Assembly: GCA_040954595.2 (NCBI GenBank)
Contig: CM082592.2
Span: 2,855,462 to 2,919,461 of the forward strand
From: Balanoglossus misakiensis
Lineage: Eukaryota; Animalia; Hemichordata
Direction of reading: 5' to 3'
Length of the DNA stretch: 64,000 nucleotides
Below the pieces are notes generated by a model that searched no databases, was not told the DNA's origin, and saw nothing but the letters and a program-made list of their open reading frames with translations. Made by a program: the position numbers and the translations under genes. Positions 13,901 through 23,460 of this stretch are shown piece by piece (the stretch's first letter is position 1; every line of letters starts with the position of its first letter).

Positions 13901-14851
13901 AGTACACCATGATTTCATTGTCAGATTAACCTCACAGTCACCACTATGCATACTATGTACATACTGTCTATGCAGACCGCCACTTATCCGGGTTAATCTC
14001 TAAAACACATGAATATCCATTGTCAAAACCTAGGCTGTTATCGAGCATTGATTGTCTCATAACTCATCTGCAATGTTATGTTCAGTGTAAAGTCCCGGCA
14101 GACTGCCGGGGACTGTGATTTGATCTGCCGAGTTTCCGTGTTACGCAATCGAAACACCCTTACGGAGGTCCTATACATATAGTATGTTGCTTGAGAGGTC
14201 ACATTCAACACTGCCCCGCGTCAAAGTGCTTCACCGTAGGCAAACCAAACTTGGCACAGTTATAGCTAATATATAGACCCTGTGAAAAACCGTATTTACG
14301 CTTCTGCTCAAGACCCTCTAATTTTTGTATCGCTTCTCAAAAATTAGCATTCACATTCATAACATCGTACGATCGAGTCACTGCCACATCGCCAGTATGC
14401 AGGGTTTCAAAATAATTTATTACAGCTAAAACGAGCGTCATAAAGCGTAAGACAACATCCTTTTAGACAATAATTGATGGAAAACGAACCTTGTCATCCA
14501 AAATTAAAGCGTGTACACCTCTTTTCATGCCAGCATGCAGGTTTCAAGTTTTCGGTAGGCCGCCATATTGGATAGAAGTGAAAACGAGGCTCTCTGTTGT
14601 AAGATTTTGGCGAATTTCAATAGGCTGAGATCAGACTGTACACAGGGCCTAATGATGTACAACAACAAACGCACATTTCATCTGTATACGCGTACACCGT
14701 ACTCAAACTGGGCAACTGAGGGTACTGTGCCTTTTATATACTGACTCACCTTACTACCGATGCATTTGTCGAGGCATTCAAGAAGTTCCCTCCTTTCCGA
14801 TTCTCTTAAAACTGCGAGGTTTATCCGCCCACTGCTGAGGTGAGCTGCCAT
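1903..14851 (-). CDS. VPS33A: Vacuolar protein sorting 33A (Sec1/Munc18 family, HOPS/CORVET subunit), 15 exons, ~615 aa
   Basis: Exons 14750-14851, 10024-10089, 8898-9110, 8289-8393, 8005-8121, 7610-7784, 6580-6770, 6099-6189, 5693-5767, 5063-5142, 4315-4401, 3831-3962, 3056-3224, 2542-2658 (acceptor could be 2643), 1903-2030. All are GT-AG and in phase. The N-terminus [17 protein letters not shown] and the motifs [38 protein letters not shown] and [18 protein letters not shown] match VPS33A. Confidence 0.96.
2208..2417. mobile_element. ~200-bp TA-flanked MITE (TA CTG...ACAG TA; Tc1/mariner-like). Related copies at ~6361-6528, ~32889-33050, ~56845-57055
   Basis: Imperfect terminal inverted repeats (tactgaaaaacagggaaattttt / aaaatttcctgctttacagta). 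The internal ttttcgcga...aattttcgcg...tttcactgcat..ttatc core is shared across the four loci. Confidence 0.6.
5272..5589. mobile_element. Palindromic ~320-345-bp MITE, Kolobok-like (TTAA AGGG...CCCT TTAA), family A copy 1
   Basis: TIR agggacaaagtctctctc / gagagagactttgtccct between TTAA sites; the element is almost wholly self-complementary. Other copies: 12294-12638, 31307-~31455 (half), 36118-36449, ~56290-56513 (half). Confidence 0.8.
6228..6318. repeat. (ATTGT)n microsatellite
   Basis: Direct pentanucleotide tandem array in a VPS33A intron. Confidence 0.95.
6873..7208. mobile_element. Kolobok-like MITE family B (ttaa AGCTCCATT...AATGTCCCT). Further copies at ~24198-24540 and ~25166-25469
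   Basis: Shared left end ttaaagctcc(a/g)tt, shared internal ttgaatt(t/c)aagtcc(g/a)gact, and right end cagctaatgtccct(ttaa) at 7195-7208 and 25457-25472. Confidence 0.65.
9568..9884. mobile_element. piggyBac-like MITE (~305 bp), inverted copy of 50522-50827, nested in a ~90-bp piggyBac-like MITE (9530-9938)
   Basis: Reverse-complement match to 50522-50827 (e.g. ctgggagccaggattctaggcaccctggaaatcaaaccagttt). It ends AGGG TTAA, and its flanks join into the short element seen intact at ~46030-46113. Confidence 0.7.
10103..11600. mobile_element. HINE-like (Helentron-associated non-autonomous) element containing a central satellite array
   Basis: The left-end sequence aaaatagcgtcaaggacactgtg recurs at ~7800. 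Subterminal ggtcccat (10129) is matched by the terminal stem-loop ggtcccatggtata-taggcc-tataccaatgggacc (11563-11597). An ACAT/CCAT/ACAG microsatellite at 11501-11545 precedes the stem-loop, and both ends are A-rich. Confidence 0.6.
10168..11090. repeat. Tandem repeat, 239-bp monomer x ~3.9
   Basis: ctgct(c/g)tggatgcc(a/c)agatat recurs at 10168, 10407, 10646 and 10884 (periods 239, 239, 238). The first three units are nearly identical and the fourth is more diverged. Confidence 0.95.
11628..14646. mobile_element. Probable decayed ~3.0-kb TIR DNA transposon in VPS33A intron 1 (TAG terminus; hAT- or Academ-like)
   Basis: An 8-bp direct repeat gcctaatg lies at 11620-11627 and 14647-14654. The left end tagccctgcgcacag...cctgtacacagtctgatttcag is an imperfect inverted match to the right end ctgagatcagactgtacacagg. 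An internal direct repeat caacactgccccgcgtc occurs at ~11955 and ~14207, and a broken acidic ORF lies at ~13400-13738. Confidence 0.5.
12294..12638. mobile_element. Kolobok-like palindromic MITE family A copy, nested inside the 3-kb element
   Basis: agggacaaagtctctct...agagagactttgtccct TTAA; high similarity to 5272-5589. Confidence 0.8.
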
Positions 14852-17800
14852 TTTGAAAATGGCTCCCTATGTTAGTTAAAATTGGCAAGGACGGTAAAAG
14901 TACTGTCGCCTAGGTATGCCGCTTCACCACATTCTCCGTGACAAACTTGAACAGTGTCATAGGTGTTACAGGTGTATAACATGTTCGGGAAAGTAGCTGC
15001 AATAAGAGACAAACCATTTTGATATTTCGAGGGGTGGGGTAAGTGTGTAAGGAAGCAATTGTCGGACCAATAATGCCAGGCCCATAAATGTGGTCAAACA
15101 CCTATGGCAATTACAACCTCGGCAATTACCAACCTTGCATTACTACACAGATCAACTTTCAGTACATGTGAATCTGACAACACCCATCCACTACTGTACG
15201 ACAATAAACAAAAAGAACCACGGCAGACTGGGGCTACAGATTAGTCGTAGCAACGAGATGCAGGCTTTCCTTTTTAACTTTTGCTGCTATTTTTTCATCA
15301 TTTTGTTTTCTTGTGTGTCAGTTTCAGTCATATAATACAAGAGTTTAAAATGCCCCTTTAATAAGTTAACTTCTTTCATCTTATCATATGTTCTATATCC
15401 AGCCGGATATTTTGTTCTGAGATTGGCTTACAATTGCGCAGGAGGATATTATTTGTTGTGTTGTTTGTAAACAATTGTGTAGGAGTTGTGTTGACCCTTT
15501 GCCTGAGCTGGCCACAATGTGGGACAAACGCAAATGACGCCCGGAACGTGTGGTTGCCATGAGTGCAATCTGTAATCCGCCTCAAATTTTACAGGATGGA
15601 TTTGTCCCACCCCTCACTCTAGATCCTACACTACGAGCCGCCGGCCAGGAGTGGGAGAATACAAAGGTCGAGTAGTGTGCTGTTTTACTGAATGAACAAC
15701 GATGCAATTATTCAAGTTCTCACAACCCCCAGAGAAAAAACTCAATGGCAATGTCCCATGCGCAAACTGTCTAGAAAATATTTTGGATTTAAGAAATGAC
15801 TGCTGTTTTAGAAGGACAAGAAAAATTGTCTTTAAACACGTTCCGAAGTAATATCGGAATTCCACAGTGCGAAAATAATACGTTCCCTATTTGAAAACAT
15901 TTAGTATTTGTGAAGGAAGAGGTAACTTTATAAATGCGACATTAGATTTTTGTTTATAACCCTATAATTTGCGCCAGATAGTTTGCAAAAGTGTGTGATC
16001 AGTATAAAATTCCGCTGACTTTTTTTGGAGGAAAAAATCTGAGAAAATAACAGCTGAACTTTTCCTTCGAACAAATAAGTTCAGCTGTTTTTTTTTTCCC
16101 AGAGAAAACATGAAAATTTCCAGGAATGACTGTTTTTGGGTGTGAATGAATTTCAAAGACAAATTATGATACAGTTGCATCAGGGTGATGGCGACACTTA
16201 ACAATTATGTCTGTTGAAGAAAAATCGGAAAATTTATCCGAAATTAGTTCGGAATGTATTTTAGGTGTATAACTCCACAATGAAGTTTTCATCAAGACCA
16301 CTTTGCAAAAGTCCTTCATTTCCGCCGTCACATTCTTACATTTTGTTTTGATTCGATAATGAGAAAATTTGTTGAAACAGTAAGCTTACTCGCTTGATAT
16401 GATCGGCTGCAATTTACGGATTGCGAAGATCCGTGTATGGAATTTACACTCGGAATGACTAAACACAAATATGACAATCATCTCATAGTGATGTCATTTT
16501 GACGTCATTATTAGGATGCCTAGATTCTGTGGAATTCATCTCCATGACACTTGTTAGTTCCGTATCCACGGGGCTTGGCTACAATACACGGAAAGAGGAG
16601 ACTGAAGATGACAAGATGAGATAAAAAAGGAACCACCCACAACCGACCAGCGCCTTCAACTATGTGTACTCACTGGAAATTAAATACGTTTCAATCGCTT
16701 GTGTAATATTACTTTAAATACAAAGCGGTATATATGTGAATGGAATAATACTTTCATTATTCGGATGAAGTCACTCTATATACACTGCTATTTCAAAGTT
16801 TGAACTATAAATCGGAAAGTTAGCAATGAGATTTTAAGATAATCTTACCTCAGTTATAATTAGTATAACTATAAGTATTGCTTCACGTGACATTGGCAGC
16901 TGTCGTCATCGCAATTAATGAAAAGTTTGAGACAAAAATCACAACTTAGTTGAAAGTCCTTCACAATTCATGATATTGTCAAGACAGACCAATTACATGT
17001 AAATAGTTTTTCATGTACAGAAAATTCTGTTTTACATCACGCTTTGTCGTCAAATTCACTTATATATCCCGATTTTATTTTAAAATTCATGTAGTCTACG
17101 CCTTGTTTTCTTTAATTTTAAAAGTATGACATGATGCAAATCTTGACGTCATTTCCATTCAAAGATAACTTCTTATCTGCATGTTCAGGCACGATCGCAA
17201 AGTATCAAATACGATAGCGACCGCACCCAATACAAAGTATTTGGACAGAATGTGCAATATGTTCACATAAGTCTCAGTAACCAGGGACAACGGATCGCTC
17301 TAGAATAACGTCTTGTGTGCCAATTAGTCGTGCAAGCCTGTGACACCTGCAAACATCTCGTTGTCAAGGCAACACATAGTGAGGGAAACAGTTTTATACA
17401 CGACTTTAAATAGTCGCAGGTACTCATCCAAGCTTACTTTTCTCAGACGCCTTGCAAGGGAGAGTTGGGGGACCAACTATAACGCCGCAACATCGACGCA
17501 CGGAGTAATCATCCTGACAGGTATGCTTTGATAGAGTACGATTTTCTATCTTGGGATAAACTTGTTAAGTGAGTTGAACAATAGTCTAACAATGCATTGA
17601 TAAGTCTTTATCATAAGTTATCGTTGTGGAGAAATTGCAATCCAGGCGACAGAAAAAGTTACATGAGTGTCAACACAGTAAAAGCGAACTAGTTTCATAT
17701 GATGTATGCCGCATGTAACTGGAAAAAATCAGTTGTTTATACATACAAGTTAGGCGTAGTGTCTTTCAGGTGCAGTTCCAAGAACGGAAACGTTATATTG

Positions 17801-18745
17801 CAAAACGTTAATTGAAAAACTCAGCTAATTTAATGAAGACAGTTAGATAAATGCATTTACATGTATATCCATTATACGTGTTGGAATAGCGAACAAAATA
17901 TAACAAGGTCCGGTAGCAAAATGTACGCGATCACGGTCAAGTGCAATAGTTGACCGTGCACTGTGCACTTGTATTTTTATGTGTTGCAGATGCGACACAA
18001 TGTAGGCCTTCAATGATTTGAACGTCTTCTTCACTCTGATTGAGTCGAAAATTTAAGTGTATTTTGCTTTGAACTGTCTTTGTCCGATTCACCCATATTC
18101 ATTTTACACTCTCCACACTTCAGAACATTCCTGAATTCTATAATGCAGGAGTGAGCTCTTTGTTTCTGCGTGCAGCCTTGATAAACAGAGACCTACTGGG
18201 GGTTATTGCTTAAAATATAGTTTCACAACAATTGGTTAATCATTACCCGTCCGAAAGAGTGATTTCAAATTACTATTAAGTGTGTTTATTTCTTAAACGA
18301 ATGTAGACTATATGTTTCATCGAAGAACAGCTTTGAATAAATGTGCTTTCGGCCCTTTTCCTATTATGTACCTTTTATCTAAACTTTGGCAAGTAATACA
18401 ATGTAAATATAAAATTGTCTTTTAAACGTTGGGCCTTATGGAAAGATAAATTTGTACTTCTATGGATGACGAAGACAATGGTGTTATAGTTGCGAGCGAC
18501 TAGCTCTGTCTGTACATACATAAAGTCACCTACTTGAATCCTCTGCACAGCTAGCGGCAGAATTTCGTTATCGTTTGCGAACTACAAGTCAGACCTATGT
18601 TCATTGTTTTTCCATTGCCTTGGTCATCAGTCACAGAGGACAGAAACGCCATCCATAAAAAATTCTAGTTCAGCAAGCAACCCAACATGTCCGCTATTCT
18701 CAACTGTAATGTTTTGAATGATTCCTTCGTAACCTTTTCTTTTAG

Positions 18746-21657
18746 ATGGGGAAACCACTAATATCCATCATCTTCCTTCTGCTTTTCGTCCACACAACGA
18801 CTGCAGGCGTAAGTGGTAGGTATTTTACCAGATATGAACCGAATATGATTCCGCGTTTTGAAAAAAATATCGAAATACATGAAATTGTTGGATTTTTTTT
18901 AATGCGATAAACTTAGGCTGCATTCACAAACACCTCTGGAGGGGGGCGGGGGGCGGGAGAATTCAATTTTTTTTACCGCTAATTTTCACATGCCCCCCTT
19001 CCGAACTGCCAATATTTTCAAATCCCCCCCCCTTCCGAACTGCCAAAATTTTGAAATCCCCCCCCCCCCATTTTCTTTCACAGAGCAAAACACATCACCT
19101 ATCTATCTTGTAAAAAGAAAAACAGCGCTCCCATGAAAAGAATTTGAAACTGATGTTTCCCCTCATCAGTGGGTATTAAAACTGAACATTGTTTTTATTT
19201 TTTAAGTACATATATTTGTATTCTGTGTTGGGAGACATTGTAAACCGATAATTGAAGGGGGTGGGTTTAACTTTGGGAGCGGGTGTCCCCCTCCCACGTA
19301 AGAATTTTTTTTAAAATACACAGCTCAAAGCTGCATTTTAATGAACCCGGCAAAAGCAAATTAACTCAACTACCGGTATGTTGGGGAGGACAAATTTAAC
19401 CGTCGGCGCTCAAAGTTATCATGGGGTGGGGGCAAGTCCCCTGACCTGGGACACTAGATAAACCAGTCAATGATTGAAAGGTGTTGATGAATGGAGGGGG
19501 TGGGTGTGGGAGGGGGTGTCCCCCTCCCACATTAGAATAAATATTTAGTCGTTAAAGTTTTCAAGTCCCCCCCCTTTCAGTCCCTAAATTATTTCAAATC
19601 ACCGCCTTACATACCCTCAATTTTTTCAAATCCCCCCCCCTCAATTCTCCTGCCCCCCCCCCCCTCCAGAGGTATTTGGGAATGCAGCCTTACTGTCGTA
19701 CGAGGTCTCCTTGCCGTATCGGTGCCTGTTACATTTTGGGTGGAGGTATTTTTAATTAAAACCACGTGTTTTAATCTGTCTCGAGCTGTTCATAATAAGG
19801 GACCGTTCAGTTTTTACGGCCGGGGGGGGGGGGGGGGGGGCAAAATCCGGGGGGGGGGGGGTCACTTAAATTTTGAAGTCCAAAAGGGGGGGGGTCATCT
19901 GGTTTTTTTAAACGTTTAGGGGGGGGGTCACACACTTTTGCCACCAAACTTTTGCTTTTGAGTCCACAAAATTGCAGTTTCGCGCCCTTTATTTTACACC
20001 CACACCCTTCATTCTCCGCCACATTGCATGTATTCGCTGGTTTGTCTAGTGTACCAGGGCAGAGTGTTTGCCACCCCAACCCCACCGATGATAATATTTA
20101 ACAAAGTAAATACATAAAGGAGAATAATCGTTTAAACCATTTCGCATAACTGATAGTTTCGCGCTGCATCTTCTATACTAGAAGTTTTATAAATGATGTC
20201 GTGACGAAGATATCGCCAAATCTTCTAACTTTGAGTGAAGTGGCAAAAAGTAAAATTGGTCCTCCCAAACATTGAGATAATTTGCTTTTGAGTTCATTAA
20301 AATGCAACTTTGAGCACCGTATTTTACAAACTTTTCTTATGTGCGAGGGGGACACCCCCTCCCACACCCACCCCTCCATTCTTCACCACATTGCATTTAT
20401 TCGCTGGTTTGTCTAGTGTACCAGGGCAGACTTCTTGCTACCCCACCCCAATGCTTACTTTGAGTGGAGTGGCAAAATTAATTTGGTCCTCCCTAACATT
20501 GAGTTCATTTGCTTTTGAGTTCATTAAAATGCAACTTTGAGCACCGTATTTTACAAAATTTTCTTATGTGGGAGGGGGATACCCCCTTCCACACCCACCC
20601 CCGCCACTTTTCTTATTTTACCAATTCTAGCAACTATTGTATTGACTTGTCATTTTAATTTGTTCATAGATTTCTTTATTGCAACGATATATTATTATAT
20701 ACTTCAATAATACTTTAAGAAATTTATAATTGAGGTGCATACAGTGTACATAGGATCAGGACGGCGAATGTTTTCGGCGTGGGGGGTCATCATATTTTTG
20801 GGTCTGTCAAAGGGGGGGGTCATCATTTTTTGTTGGTCCTGGGTGAAGGGGGGGGGGGGGTCGGCCTGATTTTGAAAACCGATGACACAAACTTGCCGCC
20901 CCCCCCCCCCCCCCCCCGGCCGTAAAAACTGAACGGTCCCTAAGTATCATGAACTACAAACTTGAAGATTATGCAGACTACGTGAGACAAGTTTCATCAC
21001 AGTCGGTGCCGTTACGGTGGCATCCTGTTCACCATTTCATGATGAGGGTAGTGGAATTATAATTGCTCTATAAAAAATATTATCCAGGATCCATGGTAAT
21101 GTTACTGAATTATAGATGCCTTAATTCACAACCATAATCATATTGTTTTTTTTTTTAAATTAGATTTGGAAGTGAAAGACGTAATTATTTCTAACCCAAG
21201 CCCGAACGATGGAACCACCTCATACCTGTCTGGTGAAGATACCTTCACCGAAATGGAGATTGTAATATTCAACAACGGCGATGCAGATTTACCGGTGACA
21301 AGTGATGGAAATTACGACCTAATTCTCAGTTTGGAGCACGCCGACACTAATTTACAGTACGACTACACGTTCACAATGAACTTCAACGAATCCGACGAGG
21401 TCAAGAAAGGAGAATCGTTGCCTCAGTATGACTCCGCTGTCTATGATCCTAATGTTATCATTACAGTTCCTACCTATGCCTGTGGAAATCTATCTTTCCT
21501 TTGCATTACTATAAATCATAACAGCGCCGCCGACTACACTGACCCCACTGCCACCGATGACATTAAGTGCATTGAATTTATTGATGGAAGTGATACGGCC
21601 GGTATATTACAGTGTACTGCAGGTGAGTTGAAGTTCAGGTGTAATTTGTGCCATATG

Positions 21658-21734
<77 letters not shown>

Positions 21735-23253
21735 TATAATGCATTGAGACCCAACTGTAGTCCTTCCCAAAACTTGTTCCTGTGTCAGACGGGCAATTTG
21801 TACTTCCCCGATCAAATATGCAGTTTATCGTTTTATTGCATCACATGTAGCCTAACATTATTTGGACGATAGTTAGGTTTCGTGTGTGTGTCACAAAAAA
21901 ACGTAAGAAGTGATACAGAAATGGCCAATCAGTCACTTTGCACCATCGAAAGGGCAGGGAGAGAATTAATATCATTATTATCATTTGTATTAGTGATGAT
22001 GATGATGATGATGATGATGATGGTCGTCGTAATCGTCGCCACCACCATCACCACAAACTTTTTCTATATTTGCCCATGTCTACTCTGGGGCTAAGTTTTC
22101 ATTTTCTATAAAACGACCCGTACAGCTCATGTTTAGGCTGTATATTCATGAATTATACAGATTTTTTTTTACTGTAAGACTAAACACTATAGCTGTTTAA
22201 CAACACCATGACACTGCTCACCTGATACACCACATTATTGTCATCTTGACAATAGCCGAATAAATCGAAAAACACACCACCGGACCAGTACAATTCATAC
22301 CAATTCCTTTTTTCATCATCAGATTTAGTTGCCAGCAACTTCAGCATCAGTGACCCTGATTCTAATTTCATCTATCCCATTGGAACTGACAAGACCATAA
22401 CTCTGGACCTTCTGATCGATAACATCGGATGGATAGAAATAAACGATACCAGCGATAGCTCAGCCAACTTTGAATTTACAGCCTTCATCTCAAGTACCGA
22501 CGACTTAGACGATGACAACGCAACCTATATTGAATTTGACGTTGATACCAGTTCAGCATATAATTTGACATCGGGTATTGCAGCCAGAGACAGTATATGG
22601 ATCTATGACCTGAAGGTGGATATTAATATCCCAAGAGAGGATTGCGACATCTATGAATACGTGTGTCTAAGAGTGGCGGCTCCTAACACTGCTGATTATA
22701 TAGATGGTGATACGGACAACAATGAAGTCTGTATAGAGTTTGGTAATGTGGATGGTGGATATGCCGGGAATTCACCATGTTCAGGTAAGCCATATGCCCA
22801 TCATAATGCTGATTTAAAAGTTCCAATGCCTTAAACTTCTTATTCTGTTCTTCCACTGTATATGTATGCTAATTGTTAGGCATTTTCTCTGTCAACGTTT
22901 ACCAGTATTGGATTCTCAAACCTGATTTTCATTGAAATGAGAATTGAAGGGGAGGTCACTGAGGGTAACTTTTGCATACATGTGTCCAGGGAGGTTGCCA
23001 ATAAAAGTCATTGTTCACCAGACACAAGTCACTTGTTATTGCTAAAATCAAAGAAGAAAAAAACGAATTTGTAGGGCTTAAATGGTGCATTCTGGGAAGA
23101 AGCACACCAAATCGGACTGTCTTTAATAACAAGACCCTGAAATTAGGGGCAGATTTTTACTTAATTTTTTTCCATTTTATTTTAGGATGTGCAATCCAAG
23201 TCAGTGTTGGACTACTGCTGACTATGTTACTCTGTCTGTTGTTAATGAAATAA
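18746..23253 (+). CDS. Uncharacterised secreted, probably GPI-anchored acidic protein (~352 aa) with two tandem ~153-aa CARDB/Ig-like domains
   Basis: Exons 18746-18815, 21164-21622, 22323-22784 and 23186-23253 are all joined in phase 1. It has a signal-peptide-like start MGKPLISIIFLLLFVHTTTAG, two homologous domains (DL-x-NP/DP...G...NxG...C...LC...A.DY.D....D/N..CIEF....G..C), and a hydrophobic C-terminus SGCAIQVSVGLLLTMLLCLLLMK* with no cytoplasmic tail. Confidence 0.82.
18916..19689. mobile_element. PIF/Harbinger-type MITE (774 bp, TTA TSD)
   Basis: TTA-ggctgcattcacaaacacctctggaggggg ... ccccctccagaggtatttgggaatgcagcc-TTA. A second copy starts at 63734. Confidence 0.8.
19799..20940. mobile_element. 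PIF/Harbinger-type MITE (1142 bp, TAA TSD)
   Basis: TAA-gggaccgttcagtttttacggccggggg ... cccccggccgtaaaaactgaacggtccc-TAA, a perfect TIR. It contains internally duplicated blocks (~20000-20085, ~20240-20450, ~20455-20605). Confidence 0.85.
21657..21733. repeat. (ATCA)n microsatellite
   Basis: Direct tetranucleotide array just after a splice donor. Confidence 0.95.
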
Positions 23254-23326
23254 ACATGGCCATCACTGAAATAACAACACTGAGGCTGATGAAGAAATGT
23301 GGAATATCAATGGACTAAATAATTGG

Positions 23327-23460
23327 AAACAAACAAACAAACAAACAAACAAACAAACAAACACATGCACGCATACATACATACATACATACAAACAGAC
23401 AGACAGACACATACACAGATATAGACTCGTATAGACAGAGACAGACAGACAGACAGACAG
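23327..23460. repeat. Compound (AAAC)n/(ATAC)n/(AGAC)n microsatellite
   Basis: Direct reading; lies 3' of the stop codon of the GPI-type gene. Confidence 0.9.

Noticed and set aside
15540-15570. X-box-like gttgccatgag and ETS-like ccggaa upstream of VPS33A
   Set aside because: Only a half site, with no gene or transcript evidence to tie it to. Too weak to call.
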